From an uncultured Clostridia bacterium (GTDB taxonomy: Bacteria > Bacillota > Clostridia > TANB77 > CAG-508), in the NCBI GenBank assembly GCA_934101145.1, contig CAKOPZ010000003.1, forward strand, positions 6,589-70,588: 64,000 nt of DNA. The letters run 5' to 3'. The notes beneath the pieces were generated by a model. It was not told the origin of the DNA and did no database searches. It worked only from the letters and a program-made list of their open reading frames with translations. Made by a program: the position numbers and the translations under genes. Shown here in pieces: positions 1 through 9,737 of the stretch. Each line of letters starts with the position of its first letter. Position 1 is the stretch's first letter.

Positions 1-80
1 AAAGATTGACGGCTGCTCAAATCGCACTCACTAACGTTTGTTTGGTCGCTCAAGCGTTTCCTTAAAATATTATATCGTTA
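1..80. repeat. Intergenic repeat family A, copy A1 (partial, cut by the window edge; inverted relative to A2/A3)
   Basis: The reverse complement of nt 1-80 aligns with the left part of the copies at 4358-4478 and 13589-13724. Shared terminus: cgatataatatttt. Shared core: ccaaac.aacgttagtgagtgcgatt.gagcagc.gtcaat. Confidence 0.75.
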
Positions 81-141
81 TTCTTCATAATCCATTAATA
101 ACAAAAAAAACAACCAATTTGCTTATTGGTTGTTTTTTTTA

Positions 142-1341
142 CTATTTTGTTTTTAAAACTATGTCTCTTGTATCTCTTGCAATCATTAATTCCTCGTTTG
201 TAGGAATTACATATACTTTTACCTTAGAATCGTCTGTAGAAATTTCTACTTCTTCTCCTCTGCAATTATTTTTTTCTTCATCAATTTTAACTCCAAAGAA
301 TTCTAAGTACTCACAAATATCTTTTCTTGCTTCAATTCCATTTTCTCCAATTCCAGCTGTAAATGCAATAACATCTACTCCCTTCATTTGAGCAATAAGT
401 TTTCCAATATATCCAGCAACTTGATAATTGAATATTTCAATTGCAAGTTTTGCTCTTTCATCACCTTTTTCTGCAGCAGCTTCAATATCTCTATCATCAT
501 TGCTTACTCCAGATACTCCAAGTTTTCCAGATTTTTTGTTTAAAATTGTTTCCATTTCTGATGGTGTTAATCCTTCTTTTTCCATTAAAAATGTAATTAT
601 AGATGGATCTACATCTCCTGATCTTGTACCCATTGGTAATCCAGCAAGTGGTGTTAATCCCATTGTTGTTTCAATTGATTTTCCACCTTCAACAGCACAT
701 AAGCTAGCTCCTTGTCCTAAATGACAAACTAATATTTTCAAATCTTCAATAGGTTTGTTCATTACTTCTGCGACTCTCTTTGAAACAAATCTGTGTGATG
801 TTCCATGGAATCCATATTTACGAACCTTATATTTGTCATAATATTCATAAGGAATTGCATACATATATGCTTTTTTTGGTAATGTTTGATGAAATGCTGT
901 ATCAAATACACCAACATTTGGCTTTCCTGGTAATGCTTTTTGACAAGCATATATTCCTTGGATATCAGCTGGATTATGAAGTGGCGCAAATATAGTTGCA
1001 TCTTCAATACCTTTTATAACTTCATCAGTTATAAGTACAGATGATGTTATTTTTTCTCCTCCATGTACAATTCTATGACCTATTGCATCTATTTCATCTA
1101 GACTTTTAATAACTCCATATTCTGGATTCAAAAGTTGTTCAATAACTAATTTTATACCTTCTTCATGGTTTGGTATTTTTTGTTCTATCTTATGCTTTTC
1201 ACCATTTACTTTGTGAGTTAAGAAAGAATCATCCATTCCAACTTTCTCTACATTTCCTTTTGCCATTACGTGTTCTGTTTCCATATCGATTAATTGATAT
1301 TTTAATGATGAACTACCGCAATTTAATACTAATACTTTCAT
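142..1341 (-). CDS. ackA: Acetate kinase
   Basis: 399 aa. N-terminus MKVLVLNCGSSSLKYQL and overall acetate kinase architecture. Lies directly downstream of pta. Confidence 0.95.
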   Translation of the reverse strand: MKVLVLNCGSSSLKYQLIDMETEHVMAKGNVEKVGMDDSFLTHKVNGEKHKIEQKIPNHEEGIKLVIEQLLNPEYGVIKSLDEIDAIGHRIVHGGEKITSSVLITDEVIKGIEDATIFAPLHNPADIQGIYACQKALPGKPNVGVFDTAFHQTLPKKAYMYAIPYEYYDKYKVRKYGFHGTSHRFVSKRVAEVMNKPIEDLKILVCHLGQGASLCAVEGGKSIETTMGLTPLAGLPMGTRSGDVDPSIITFLMEKEGLTPSEMETILNKKSGKLGVSGVSNDDRDIEAAAEKGDERAKLAIEIFNYQVAGYIGKLIAQMKGVDVIAFTAGIGENGIEARKDICEYLEFFGVKIDEEKNNCRGEEVEISTDDSKVKVYVIPTNEELMIARDTRDIVLKTK

Positions 1342-1392
1342 TAAAAAACCTCCTAAAAATATTTATAATATATTAATATAATATTATCAAAA

Positions 1393-2388
1393 CTAACTAT
1401 TAGCTTGTACTGCTGTAATTGCAACAACTCCAGCAATATCATCACTATTGCAACCTCTTGAAAGGTCATTTACAGGCTTTGCAATTCCTTGACATAAAGG
1501 TCCATATGCTTCAGCTTTTGCAAGTCTTTGTACTAATTTATATCCAATATTACCTGCATTTAAATCAGGGAATATAAGTGTGTTTGCTTCTCCATTTAAT
1601 GTTCCATTTGGAGCCTTTGATTTAGCTATTTCAGGTACAATAGCTGCATCTAATTGTAATTCTCCATCACAAATTAAATCAGGTGCTTTTTCTTTTAACA
1701 ATTTTGTTGCTTCAACAACTTTTTCTGTTAGCTCTGAATGAGCACTTCCATATGTAGAATATGAAAGCATTGCAACTTTTGCTTGTTTTTCTGTTAGTTG
1801 TTCAAAACTTTTGCTTGAAGAAATAGCTATTTCAGATAAATCATCTGCTGATGGATTTTCAACAAGTCCACTATCTCCAAAAATAAATATCCCATTTTCT
1901 CCATATTGGCAATTTGGAACTACCATTAAGAAAAATGCTGATACAAGTTTTGTTCCAGGTGCAGTTTTTAATATTTGAAGTGCTGGTCTTAATGTGTTTG
2001 CTGTTGAATGACAAGCTCCTGATACTAAACCATCTGCGTCTCCTTGTTTTACCATCATTGTTCCAAAATACATATTATCTTTCAATGTTTCTCTTGCTTT
2101 TTCTATAGTCATACCTTTTGCTTTTCTAAGTTCATAAAAAGCATTTGCATATTCTTCAAATTTATCAGATGTTTCTGGATCAATTATCGTAATTCCCTCA
2201 ATATCTATATTATTTTCTTTTGCATGTTTATTGGCATCTGCCTCGTTACCTATTAAAATAACATTTGCAAATCCTTCATCTCTTACTTTTTGAGCAGCCT
2301 CTAATACTCTTATATCTTCGCTTTCTGTTAATATAATAGTTTTTATACTTTCTTTTGCTCTTTGTTTTATTGCATCAATAAAAGCCAT
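1393..2388 (-). CDS. pta: Phosphate acetyltransferase
   Basis: PTA_PTB-type sequence. The ORF track starts at 2451, but the start at MAFIDAIK (2388) is preceded by a GGAGGAGG RBS. Forms a pta-ackA pair. Confidence 0.9.
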   Translation of the reverse strand: MAFIDAIKQRAKESIKTIILTESEDIRVLEAAQKVRDEGFANVILIGNEADANKHAKENNIDIEGITIIDPETSDKFEEYANAFYELRKAKGMTIEKARETLKDNMYFGTMMVKQGDADGLVSGACHSTANTLRPALQILKTAPGTKLVSAFFLMVVPNCQYGENGIFIFGDSGLVENPSADDLSEIAISSSKSFEQLTEKQAKVAMLSYSTYGSAHSELTEKVVEATKLLKEKAPDLICDGELQLDAAIVPEIAKSKAPNGTLNGEANTLIFPDLNAGNIGYKLVQRLAKAEAYGPLCQGIAKPVNDLSRGCNSDDIAGVVAITAVQANS

Positions 2389-2535
2389 TTTTCTTCCTCC
2401 TCCAGTGTTAAATAACATATATATTATATAAGCAAATGCTAAAAAGTACAATACATTTGATAAATTTTTTCTTGTACTTTTTGAAAAAAATATGATATAC
2501 TTTGAATATTAATGATTGAAAGGAGAATTTAATCT

Positions 2536-2997
2536 ATGAATGAATACATGAAACTTGCAAAAGATATGGCCGAAAAAGGTTCTAGTACAAATGAAGGTGG
2601 TCCATTTGGAGCAGTAATTACTGATAAAGCTGGAAATATTATTGCTACAGGAAATAATCAAGTATTGCTAAATAATGATCCTACTGCCCATGCAGAGGTA
2701 ACTGCAATTCGTAATGCCTGTAAGAAATTAAACACATATGATTTATCTGGATATGTACTTTATACTTCTTGTGAGCCATGTCCAATGTGTTTATCTGCAA
2801 TTATTTGGTCAAATATAAAAGATATCTATTATGCTTGTACTCGTGAAGATGCTGCAAATATTGGATTTCGTGATGATTTAATTTATGAATACTTAAAAGG
2901 AAATAATCAAGATATAATTACATTAAAACAAATTGATAGAGATCAATGCATTGAAACATTTGAAAAGTATCAAAAAGAAAATAAAACAATTTATTAA
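2536..2997 (+). CDS. CMP/dCMP-type zinc deaminase, guanine deaminase (GuaD)-like
   Basis: 153 aa. Has GGPFGAVI, HAEV and CEPCPMC zinc-ligand motifs and the size of B. subtilis GuaD-type enzymes. Confidence 0.7.
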   Translation: MNEYMKLAKDMAEKGSSTNEGGPFGAVITDKAGNIIATGNNQVLLNNDPTAHAEVTAIRNACKKLNTYDLSGYVLYTSCEPCPMCLSAIIWSNIKDIYYACTREDAANIGFRDDLIYEYLKGNNQDIITLKQIDRDQCIETFEKYQKENKTIY

Positions 2998-3007
2998 GGA
3001 ATAAAAA

Positions 3008-3889
3008 ATGAAGCTTAATTATATCATAAAAAAAGATGATAATTTTGTAAATTTGAAAGAATTAGTTAAAACACAATTTCAAATATCAGACAGACTATTT
3101 TTAAAATTAAAAAAGAACGGCAAGATATACTTAAATAATTCTAATACTTGCTTGTGGAAGACACTTGAGGTAAATGATTTAATAGAATTATTTATTGACT
3201 TTGAAGAAGATAATTCAAATATTCCTTCTATCAAAATGAATTTAGATATAATCTATGAAGATGAAGCTTTTTTAATTATAAATAAACCTACGGGAATACC
3301 TGTACACCCTTCAATGCAACATTATTCTGATTCACTTTCAAGTGGTGTAAAGTTTTATTTTGATACATTGTCTTTTCATAAAAAAATTAGACCAGTAAAT
3401 AGAATTGATAGAAATACCTCTGGTATTGTAATATTTGCAAAAAATGAATATATTCAAGAATATCTCGTAAGAGAAATGAAAAATAAAGAATTTTACAAAA
3501 AATACATTGCAATATGTAATGGGATTTTTGTTCAAAAACAAGGTACTATAAATTTACCTATCTCTAGAAAAGAAGGAAGTATAATTGAAAGGTGCATTGA
3601 TGAAAAAGGTGCGCCTTCCATCACTCACTATTTAGTTTTAAGTGAATGTATAGAAAAAAATTATTCTATTATAGAATGTACATTAGAAACAGGAAGAACT
3701 CATCAAATACGTGTGCATATGGCATCAATAGGTCATCCACTACTTGGTGATACGCTTTATGGTAATGAATCCAATTTAATTAATAGACAAGCTCTTCACG
3801 CACATAAAGTATCTTTTATACATCCTCTTACTAAAGAAAGAGTTAATTATATAGCACCTCTTCCCTATGACATTCAAAAATTAATTTAA
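3008..3889 (+). CDS. RluA-family pseudouridine synthase
   Basis: 293 aa. Contains NRIDRNTSG (catalytic Asp motif) and GRTHQIRVH. Confidence 0.85.
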   Translation: MKLNYIIKKDDNFVNLKELVKTQFQISDRLFLKLKKNGKIYLNNSNTCLWKTLEVNDLIELFIDFEEDNSNIPSIKMNLDIIYEDEAFLIINKPTGIPVHPSMQHYSDSLSSGVKFYFDTLSFHKKIRPVNRIDRNTSGIVIFAKNEYIQEYLVREMKNKEFYKKYIAICNGIFVQKQGTINLPISRKEGSIIERCIDEKGAPSITHYLVLSECIEKNYSIIECTLETGRTHQIRVHMASIGHPLLGDTLYGNESNLINRQALHAHKVSFIHPLTKERVNYIAPLPYDIQKLI

Positions 3890-3897
3890 TAATATAG

Positions 3898-3928
3898 AAA
3901 AAACGACTTTTTTCAAAGTCGTTTTTTT
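3898..3928. terminator. Bidirectional rho-independent terminator between the pseudouridine synthase gene and rnpB
   Basis: Stem aaacgacttt / aaagtcgttt, flanked by an A-run on one side and a T-run on the other. Confidence 0.7.
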
Positions 3929-3930
3929 GA

Positions 3931-4274
3931 AGTAAATCTGTAAGCCGGGTTCTGTCGTGAATAGTCATTTATCTAGTATATGTATTACTACATATCTCAT
4001 GCCACCAAATTAAGAAGATGACGAGCAGTCTTAACCTTCTTGGCTCGGTGTTGCTTCAGATGGGGTTTACATTGACCCGGTATGTCACCATACCAGCGGT
4101 GAGCTCTTACCTCACCTTTTCATCCTTACCTATAAAATAGGCGGTTATTTTCTGTTGCACTTTCCTTAAGGTTTCCCTCACTGGACGTTATCCAGCATCA
4201 TTGCTCTATGAAGCCCGGACTTTCCTCGTACGCTGCCTTTCGGCCGTGCTATACGCGACTATTCAATTTACTCC
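3931..4274 (-). ncRNA. rnpB: RNase P RNA (ribozyme component)
   Basis: The minus strand reads GAGGAAAGTCCGGGC (P4 5' strand, plus 4211-4225) and CACGACAGAACCCGGCTTA (P4 3' strand, plus 3941-3959). Terminal P1 pairing is AGTAAAT/ATTTACT. The region is GC-rich and non-coding. Ends are approximate. Confidence 0.85.
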
Positions 4275-4357
4275 ATACCCTATTTTACTATAAAGCTTAC
4301 TAAAAGTCAAATTGCTTTTTTTATCGGTATTTATGATAATGTCTTATGAAAGAGTAA

Positions 4358-4478
4358 GCGATATAATATTTTAAGAAAAAGTGCAGCGTCCAAACGAACG
4401 TTAGTGAGTGCGATTCGAGCAGCTGTCAATCTTCTGGATTTGCTACGAACAGCAAGTTTTTAAGAAATATTATATCGT
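4358..4478. repeat. Intergenic repeat family A, copy A2
   Basis: Terminal inverted repeat gcgatataatattt...aaatattatatcg around a GC-rich core (gtgcagcgtccaaacgaacgttagtgagtgcgattcgagcagctgtcaatc...). Homologous to A1 and A3. Confidence 0.8.
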
Positions 4479-4499
4479 ATATTCTAATATATGACATCG

Positions 4500-5276
4500 T
4501 CACGCCATAATATCTAACTCATTCATAAGATTTTTATAATTAATATAAAATACATCCTTATTTTTAGAATCAATGCTCTTTGATAGTTCATTAATCAAAA
4601 TATATGCTTTGTTTACATTTATTGGATTCAATTCACTTTGCATAGTACTATTCATAAGTTCTGAATATGTCGTCTGTGATTTCTGAATATATTTCTTCAT
4701 TTCTTTCCAATTTTGGTCTTCTATTAATGCATATGAATATAAAATATCTGATTTAACATTTGTTAAAATTATCCTTTTATTATCATTTGAATATTCTTTT
4801 GTATATCCGTCAATTAAGCTATATAAATCTGCCAAATTATACATTGCACTTTTTTTATTTTTATTTTGCATAGCATTAGTTATATTTCCAAGATATGTTG
4901 TAAACTTAAGCAAATTCTCTTGTTTTAAGCCCAAACCATTTAAATCAATTATGACAGTATTCCATGTTTGATACATGTTTTCAACATCTTTTTTAAATGC
5001 ATTCCAATCTGTTTTTTTGTCAAGATTTGTTAGTGTACTTATATCATTTTGGTTCATATTAGTAATAGAGTTTTGTTCATCTGTAATTTGAACATTATTG
5101 AGTTCAGACATCATCGTAATTATGGTTTCACTTAAATAGTCTATTTCTACATCTGCTTTTTCCTTCAATTTATCAGCAGAATCTTGATTCTTATTATTAC
5201 TGTATATATACATTGTTCCAAAAATTAGTAAAAAAATAAATATAAAAATTATAATTATAAAAATTCGCTTCTTCAT
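4500..5276 (-). CDS. Hypothetical membrane-anchored protein (single N-terminal TM helix, helical ectodomain)
   Basis: 258-aa ORF with the hydrophobic N-terminus IFIIIIFIFIFLLIFGTMYIY. No recognisable motif. Confidence 0.5.
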   Translation of the reverse strand: MKKRIFIIIIFIFIFLLIFGTMYIYSNNKNQDSADKLKEKADVEIDYLSETIITMMSELNNVQITDEQNSITNMNQNDISTLTNLDKKTDWNAFKKDVENMYQTWNTVIIDLNGLGLKQENLLKFTTYLGNITNAMQNKNKKSAMYNLADLYSLIDGYTKEYSNDNKRIILTNVKSDILYSYALIEDQNWKEMKKYIQKSQTTYSELMNSTMQSELNPINVNKAYILINELSKSIDSKNKDVFYINYKNLMNELDIMA

Positions 5277-5379
5277 AGATTTTCCTCCATGCCTATATTA
5301 TGAACAAAAAAATTTCCTTTTATTCTCTTGTATTATTATTCTAATTTGAAAAATAATATAAATATGGAGGTTCTATTAT

Positions 5380-5670
5380 ATGGAGACAGTCGTAAAATTA
5401 TATAGTACACACAAAAATGAAATAAATCGTTTTTTAAATTCTTTTTTTGCAAGTAACATGTTAAATGATTATAATCCTTCTATTTTGGAGTGGCAAAAAA
5501 AGTACCAAAATCCAATTGAAGTCGTGGATATTATTGGTACTTTTATTGAAAATAATGATAAATTTAAAATTAATATGTGGGTTAGTTTAGATAAGGAAGT
5601 GTATATAAATGTAACTGATTACAATGCAGATAAGCTTATACGTTACATTTACGAACGATATCCTTGGTAA
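5380..5670 (+). CDS. Hypothetical small protein
   Basis: 96-aa ORF preceded by a GGAGG RBS. No recognisable motif. Confidence 0.45.
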   Translation: METVVKLYSTHKNEINRFLNSFFASNMLNDYNPSILEWQKKYQNPIEVVDIIGTFIENNDKFKINMWVSLDKEVYINVTDYNADKLIRYIYERYPW

Positions 5671-5680
5671 CTTCTAAAAA

Positions 5681-6664
5681 TTACTCACTTTTCTTCTGAC
5701 GTGTCATAAGTTTTATAACAGCATCTTGTGGCTTCAAACCATTAAATAATACATCATATACTGTATTTACTATTGGCATTTCAATATTGTATTTTTGAGA
5801 TAATTGATATGCAACTTCTATATTATCAATACTTTCAATTGTCATTCCTACTTCTTTTTGTGTTTCCTCTATTGAAAGTCCTCTACCAATACATCTTCCT
5901 GCTTTTCTATTTCTGCTATGTTCACTTAAACAAGTAACAATTAAATCTCCAAGTCCAGATAATCCATAAAAAGTATTATAATTTCCTCCCATTGCAACAC
6001 CTAATCTTGATATTTCTGTTAAGCCTCTTGTAATAAGTGCTGCAAAAGTATTATCTCCCATATTTAATTCTGCTATAATTCCTGCACAAAATGCAATAAT
6101 ATTTTTTAAAGCTCCTCCAAGTTCTGCTCCTTTTATGTCTGATGTTGTATATATTCTCATATTTTCATTCATAAATGTATCTTGAATCTCATACTGAACA
6201 TCTAAATGTTCTGATGCTGCAACAATTGCTGTAGGAACACCCAGAGAAACTTCTTCTGCATGGCTTGGTCCTGTAAATACACCAATTTTTGTATTTGGCA
6301 TTTCTTCTGATACAACTTCACTTAGAGTATATAAAGTATCTGCTTCAAAGCCCTTAGAACAGATAATAACAGGTTGTCCTTTTACATATTCCTTATATTT
6401 TTTTACTATATTTCTTGTAAATTTTGAAGGAGTAACATGAAGTATAATATCGCTTTCTTTTATTGCTTCTTCCATATTAGTTGTACAAATTATTCCTTCA
6501 GGTATAGTTATTTCAGGTAAAAATTTGCATTTCTTCTCTTTGTTTATTAATTCTGCTTCTTCTTCACAAAAAGACCAAATTTTTACATTGTGTCCCATTT
6601 TTGCAGAATGAATTGCAAGAGCAACTCCCCAGCTTCCACTGCCTATTATACATATATTTTTCAT
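5681..6664 (-). CDS. gpsA: NAD(P)H-dependent glycerol-3-phosphate dehydrogenase
   Basis: 327 aa. Has a GSGSWG Rossmann motif and sits in the conserved der-plsY-gpsA neighbourhood. Confidence 0.95.
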   Translation of the reverse strand: MKNICIIGSGSWGVALAIHSAKMGHNVKIWSFCEEEAELINKEKKCKFLPEITIPEGIICTTNMEEAIKESDIILHVTPSKFTRNIVKKYKEYVKGQPVIICSKGFEADTLYTLSEVVSEEMPNTKIGVFTGPSHAEEVSLGVPTAIVAASEHLDVQYEIQDTFMNENMRIYTTSDIKGAELGGALKNIIAFCAGIIAELNMGDNTFAALITRGLTEISRLGVAMGGNYNTFYGLSGLGDLIVTCLSEHSRNRKAGRCIGRGLSIEETQKEVGMTIESIDNIEVAYQLSQKYNIEMPIVNTVYDVLFNGLKPQDAVIKLMTRQKKSE

Positions 6665-6687
6665 ATGTTTTTGTACCTCACTTTTTA

Positions 6688-7326
6688 TTATTTTGTAGTT
6701 TTAAAATTAATTCTGTTTTCTGTTCCAGAAAGAAGTCTTTTTACATTGCTTCTATGGTTAAATACTACAAGAATTGCAATAATAATACTTGAAATAATGT
6801 ATGTTCCAGGTACGATGTAATTTTGTGAAATGAACAATGTTAAAACTGGATAAAGTATTGCAGCTCCAATTGATCCTACTGAAACCATTTGTGTTAAAAC
6901 CATTAAAACAAGTGCAAATACTAAGCAAATCAATCCTATTTGCCAGTTTGTAATTAAAAGCACTCCTAAAGATGTTGCAACACCTTTTCCTCCTTTAAAT
7001 TTAAAAAATATTGGAAATGTATGTCCAATTATTACAAAAATTCCTGCAAGTTGAACAAGCAAAGCGCCATCTAATTCTTTCCATATTTTTCCGACTAATG
7101 TAGCAATTAGTACTGCTACAACTCCTTTTAAAATATCACATATAAGTGTAAGAATTGCAGCTTTTTTTCCAACTGTTCTTAAAACATTTGTTGAACCTGC
7201 ATTTCCACTTCCTTTTTCTCTTACATCAAATCCTGCCATTTTTTTACTAATAATTACTGAAAAGCTAATGCTTCCAAGTAAATATGCAATAACTGCAACT
7301 ATAATATATGCTGCCATTTTTATCAC
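6688..7326 (-). CDS. plsY: Acyl-phosphate:glycerol-3-phosphate acyltransferase
   Basis: 212-aa polytopic membrane protein with a GSGNAGSTNV motif. Overlaps the der stop by 4 nt. Confidence 0.9.
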   Translation of the reverse strand: MIKMAAYIIVAVIAYLLGSISFSVIISKKMAGFDVREKGSGNAGSTNVLRTVGKKAAILTLICDILKGVVAVLIATLVGKIWKELDGALLVQLAGIFVIIGHTFPIFFKFKGGKGVATSLGVLLITNWQIGLICLVFALVLMVLTQMVSVGSIGAAILYPVLTLFISQNYIVPGTYIISSIIIAILVVFNHRSNVKRLLSGTENRINFKTTK

Positions 7327-8657
7327 TCCTTTTCGTTTCTTTCTCTTACAATTATTCTAACAGGTGTACCTGTTAATCCAAATTCTTTACGTATTTGATT
7401 TACTAAATATCTCTCATATGAAAAATGAAATAATTGTTTATCATTTACAAATACTACAAATGTTGGTGGTTTTGTAGTTGCCTGAGTCATATAGAATATT
7501 CTAAGTCTTCTTCCCTTATCTGTTGGTGGTTGTACAATTGCAATAGCCTCATTTAACACTTGATTTAGCACTGATGTCGAGACTCTAATTGCATTTTGGC
7601 TTGCAACACTATTTATCATTTCAAATAATTTGTTTACTCTTTGCCCTGTTTTAGCTGATATAAATATGATTGGGGCATATGATAAATAAGCTAATTTGTT
7701 GTAAACTTCTTTTTTATATTTTTCAACAGTTCCATTATCTTTTTCGTATTCATCCCATTTATTTACAACTATAATAACACCTTTTCCAACTTCATGTGCT
7801 TCACCTGCAATTTTTGTGTCTTGCTCTGTAACACCTTCATTTGCATCAATCATAAGTAAGCATACATCTGATCTTTCTATAGCAAGTAAACTTCTCATTA
7901 CACTAAATTTTTCAAGTCTTTCATCAACTTTACTCTTTTTTCTAATTCCAGCTGTATCAATAAATACATATTTTCCAAATTCATTTTCAAATTCAGAATC
8001 TATTGCATCTCTTGTCGTTCCAGCTATATTACTTACTATAACTCTATTTTCTCCAAGTATTTTATTTACTAGACTTGATTTTCCTACGTTTGGCTTACCA
8101 ATAATTGCTACTTTTATAACATCTGTCTCATCTTCATCATCACTCTTTGGAGGTAAATTGTCACATATTGCATCAAGTACATCTCCAATTCCTATAGCGT
8201 TTACAGAAGATACTCTATATGGTTCTCCAAGCCCTAAATTGTAAAATTCATAAATTTCATCAGGTGTTTTTCCATAGGTATCTGCTTTGTTGCAAACAAG
8301 AATTATTGGCTTTTTAGATTTTCTAAGCATTAAGGCAATATCTTCATCTGCGGCTGTTATTCCCTGTCTAATGTCTGTTACAAAAATTATTACATCTGCC
8401 ATTGAGATAGCAAGGTTTGCTTGTTCTCTCATTTGTGATAATATAACATCATCTGATTCTGGCTCAATACCACCTGTGTCAACAAGTGTAAAGTTTCTAC
8501 CTCTCCAATTTGTATCTGCATAAACTCTATCTCTTGTAACTCCTGGAGTATCTTCTACTATTGATATTCTTTTTCCTACTATATAATTAAAAAATGTTGA
8601 TTTTCCTACATTTGGTCTTCCTACAATTGCTACTGTTGGTTTTCCCACTTTTCTCAC
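7323..8657 (-). CDS. der: Ribosome-associated GTPase Der/EngA
   Basis: Two tandem GTPase domains with P-loops GRPNVGKST and GKPNVGKSS, plus a KH-like C-terminus. Confidence 0.95.
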   Translation of the reverse strand: MRKVGKPTVAIVGRPNVGKSTFFNYIVGKRISIVEDTPGVTRDRVYADTNWRGRNFTLVDTGGIEPESDDVILSQMREQANLAISMADVIIFVTDIRQGITAADEDIALMLRKSKKPIILVCNKADTYGKTPDEIYEFYNLGLGEPYRVSSVNAIGIGDVLDAICDNLPPKSDDEDETDVIKVAIIGKPNVGKSSLVNKILGENRVIVSNIAGTTRDAIDSEFENEFGKYVFIDTAGIRKKSKVDERLEKFSVMRSLLAIERSDVCLLMIDANEGVTEQDTKIAGEAHEVGKGVIIVVNKWDEYEKDNGTVEKYKKEVYNKLAYLSYAPIIFISAKTGQRVNKLFEMINSVASQNAIRVSTSVLNQVLNEAIAIVQPPTDKGRRLRIFYMTQATTKPPTFVVFVNDKQLFHFSYERYLVNQIRKEFGLTGTPVRIIVRERNEKE

Positions 8658-8789
8658 CTCTTCTTATTTAATACACATCCATTTTACTATATGCACCAAA
8701 AAATAGCAAGAAATTATTGCCATTTTATTTTAATTTGTTTCTCTATATGTTATAATCTGATTAATATTTAATTTATGAGGTAAAAAAAT

Positions 8790-8981
8790 ATGAGTTATTT
8801 AATAAAAGACACTACTAGAGAGCAAAGAGCACAAATTGTAAAACAAGCTCTTGCAATCTCAATATCTGGTACAGATATTCCAACTAACAATGCTTTAGGC
8901 ATTGCAAAAGAATATATTGATGGAAAAATCGAATTAAAAGAAGCACAAGAAAAAATAATATCTATGTATAAAAGGAGTTAA
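8790..8981 (+). CDS. VbhA-like small protein (putative antitoxin/inhibitor of the downstream Fic protein)
   Basis: 63 aa, ends 6 nt before fic. Its helical layout resembles VbhA-type antitoxins, but the S-x-x-x-E-G inhibitory motif reads SISGTD. Confidence 0.55.
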   Translation: MSYLIKDTTREQRAQIVKQALAISISGTDIPTNNALGIAKEYIDGKIELKEAQEKIISMYKRS

Positions 8982-8987
8982 ATTTAT

Positions 8988-9686
8988 ATGAAAGACCCGT
9001 ATATTTTAGAAGATGGTACATTAAAAAATTTGCTAGGAATTACTGATTATGGCGAATTAAATAAAGCAGAAAAGGATATTTGCTTTATAAAATTAGTAAA
9101 TTTAGATGAAGCAGTTCCACATGTTTTTGATTCAAACATGTTTAAAAAATTACATAAACATATATTTGAAGATATTTTTTCATGGGCTGGTGAATTTAGA
9201 ACAGTTCCAATTTATAAAGAAGAAATTGTTATTCCTGGTTTGAGCTTAGAATATAGTGAATGTAAAAATATTGAATCAGAATTAAATGAAGTATTTTCAA
9301 AGTTTAATTCAACTGATTGGAAAGCTCTTGATTTAGATAATAAATCAAAGAAATTCACAGAATTGCTTTCAAAACTATGGATGATTCACCCTTTCAGAGA
9401 TGGAAATACAAGAACTACAATGGCATTTGCAAGTATTTTTGCCAAAGAGCATGATTTTCCAATGGACTTAGGAATTATTTTAGATAACTTAACAAGAAAA
9501 TATGATGAAAATGGAAGAACAAAAAGATTTAGTATTCGTGACAAATTTGTTTTGGCATCACTTGATGAGAAATTTGCACCAGAACCAGAACATCTGCAGG
9601 CTCTATTAAAGCAATCAATGGTTTCAGGAATTAAAAAGAAAATTAATGTTCTTTCTAACCAATTACAAAATGAAGAAGAGCGATAA
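8988..9686 (+). CDS. Fic-domain protein with a non-canonical active-site motif
   Basis: 232 aa. The Fic motif region is HPFRDGNTRTTM, against the canonical HPFx(D/E)GNGRxxR. Confidence 0.85.
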   Translation: MKDPYILEDGTLKNLLGITDYGELNKAEKDICFIKLVNLDEAVPHVFDSNMFKKLHKHIFEDIFSWAGEFRTVPIYKEEIVIPGLSLEYSECKNIESELNEVFSKFNSTDWKALDLDNKSKKFTELLSKLWMIHPFRDGNTRTTMAFASIFAKEHDFPMDLGIILDNLTRKYDENGRTKRFSIRDKFVLASLDEKFAPEPEHLQALLKQSMVSGIKKKINVLSNQLQNEEER

Positions 9687-9694
9687 AAACAAAA

Positions 9695-9731
9695 CATGGT
9701 ACTTTTTGAGTCCGTTTCAAAAAAGTACCAT
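9695..9731. terminator. Bidirectional terminator hairpin between fic and the convergent membrane-protein gene
   Basis: Stem catggtacttttt / aaaaagtaccatg with an 11-nt loop. Confidence 0.65.
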
Positions 9732-9737
9732 GAAAAT

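Noticed and set aside
428-724. Antisense or shadow ORFs of 60-200 aa inside well-supported genes, for example 428-724, 7816-8244, 15851-16270, 25143-25559, 47813-48295, 50702-51037 and 60520-61128.
   Set aside because: They lie opposite to, or out of frame with, genes that have clear family signatures. They are rich in Ser/Phe/Ile/Leu, as expected from antisense reading of AT-rich coding DNA. They also lack ribosome-binding sites.
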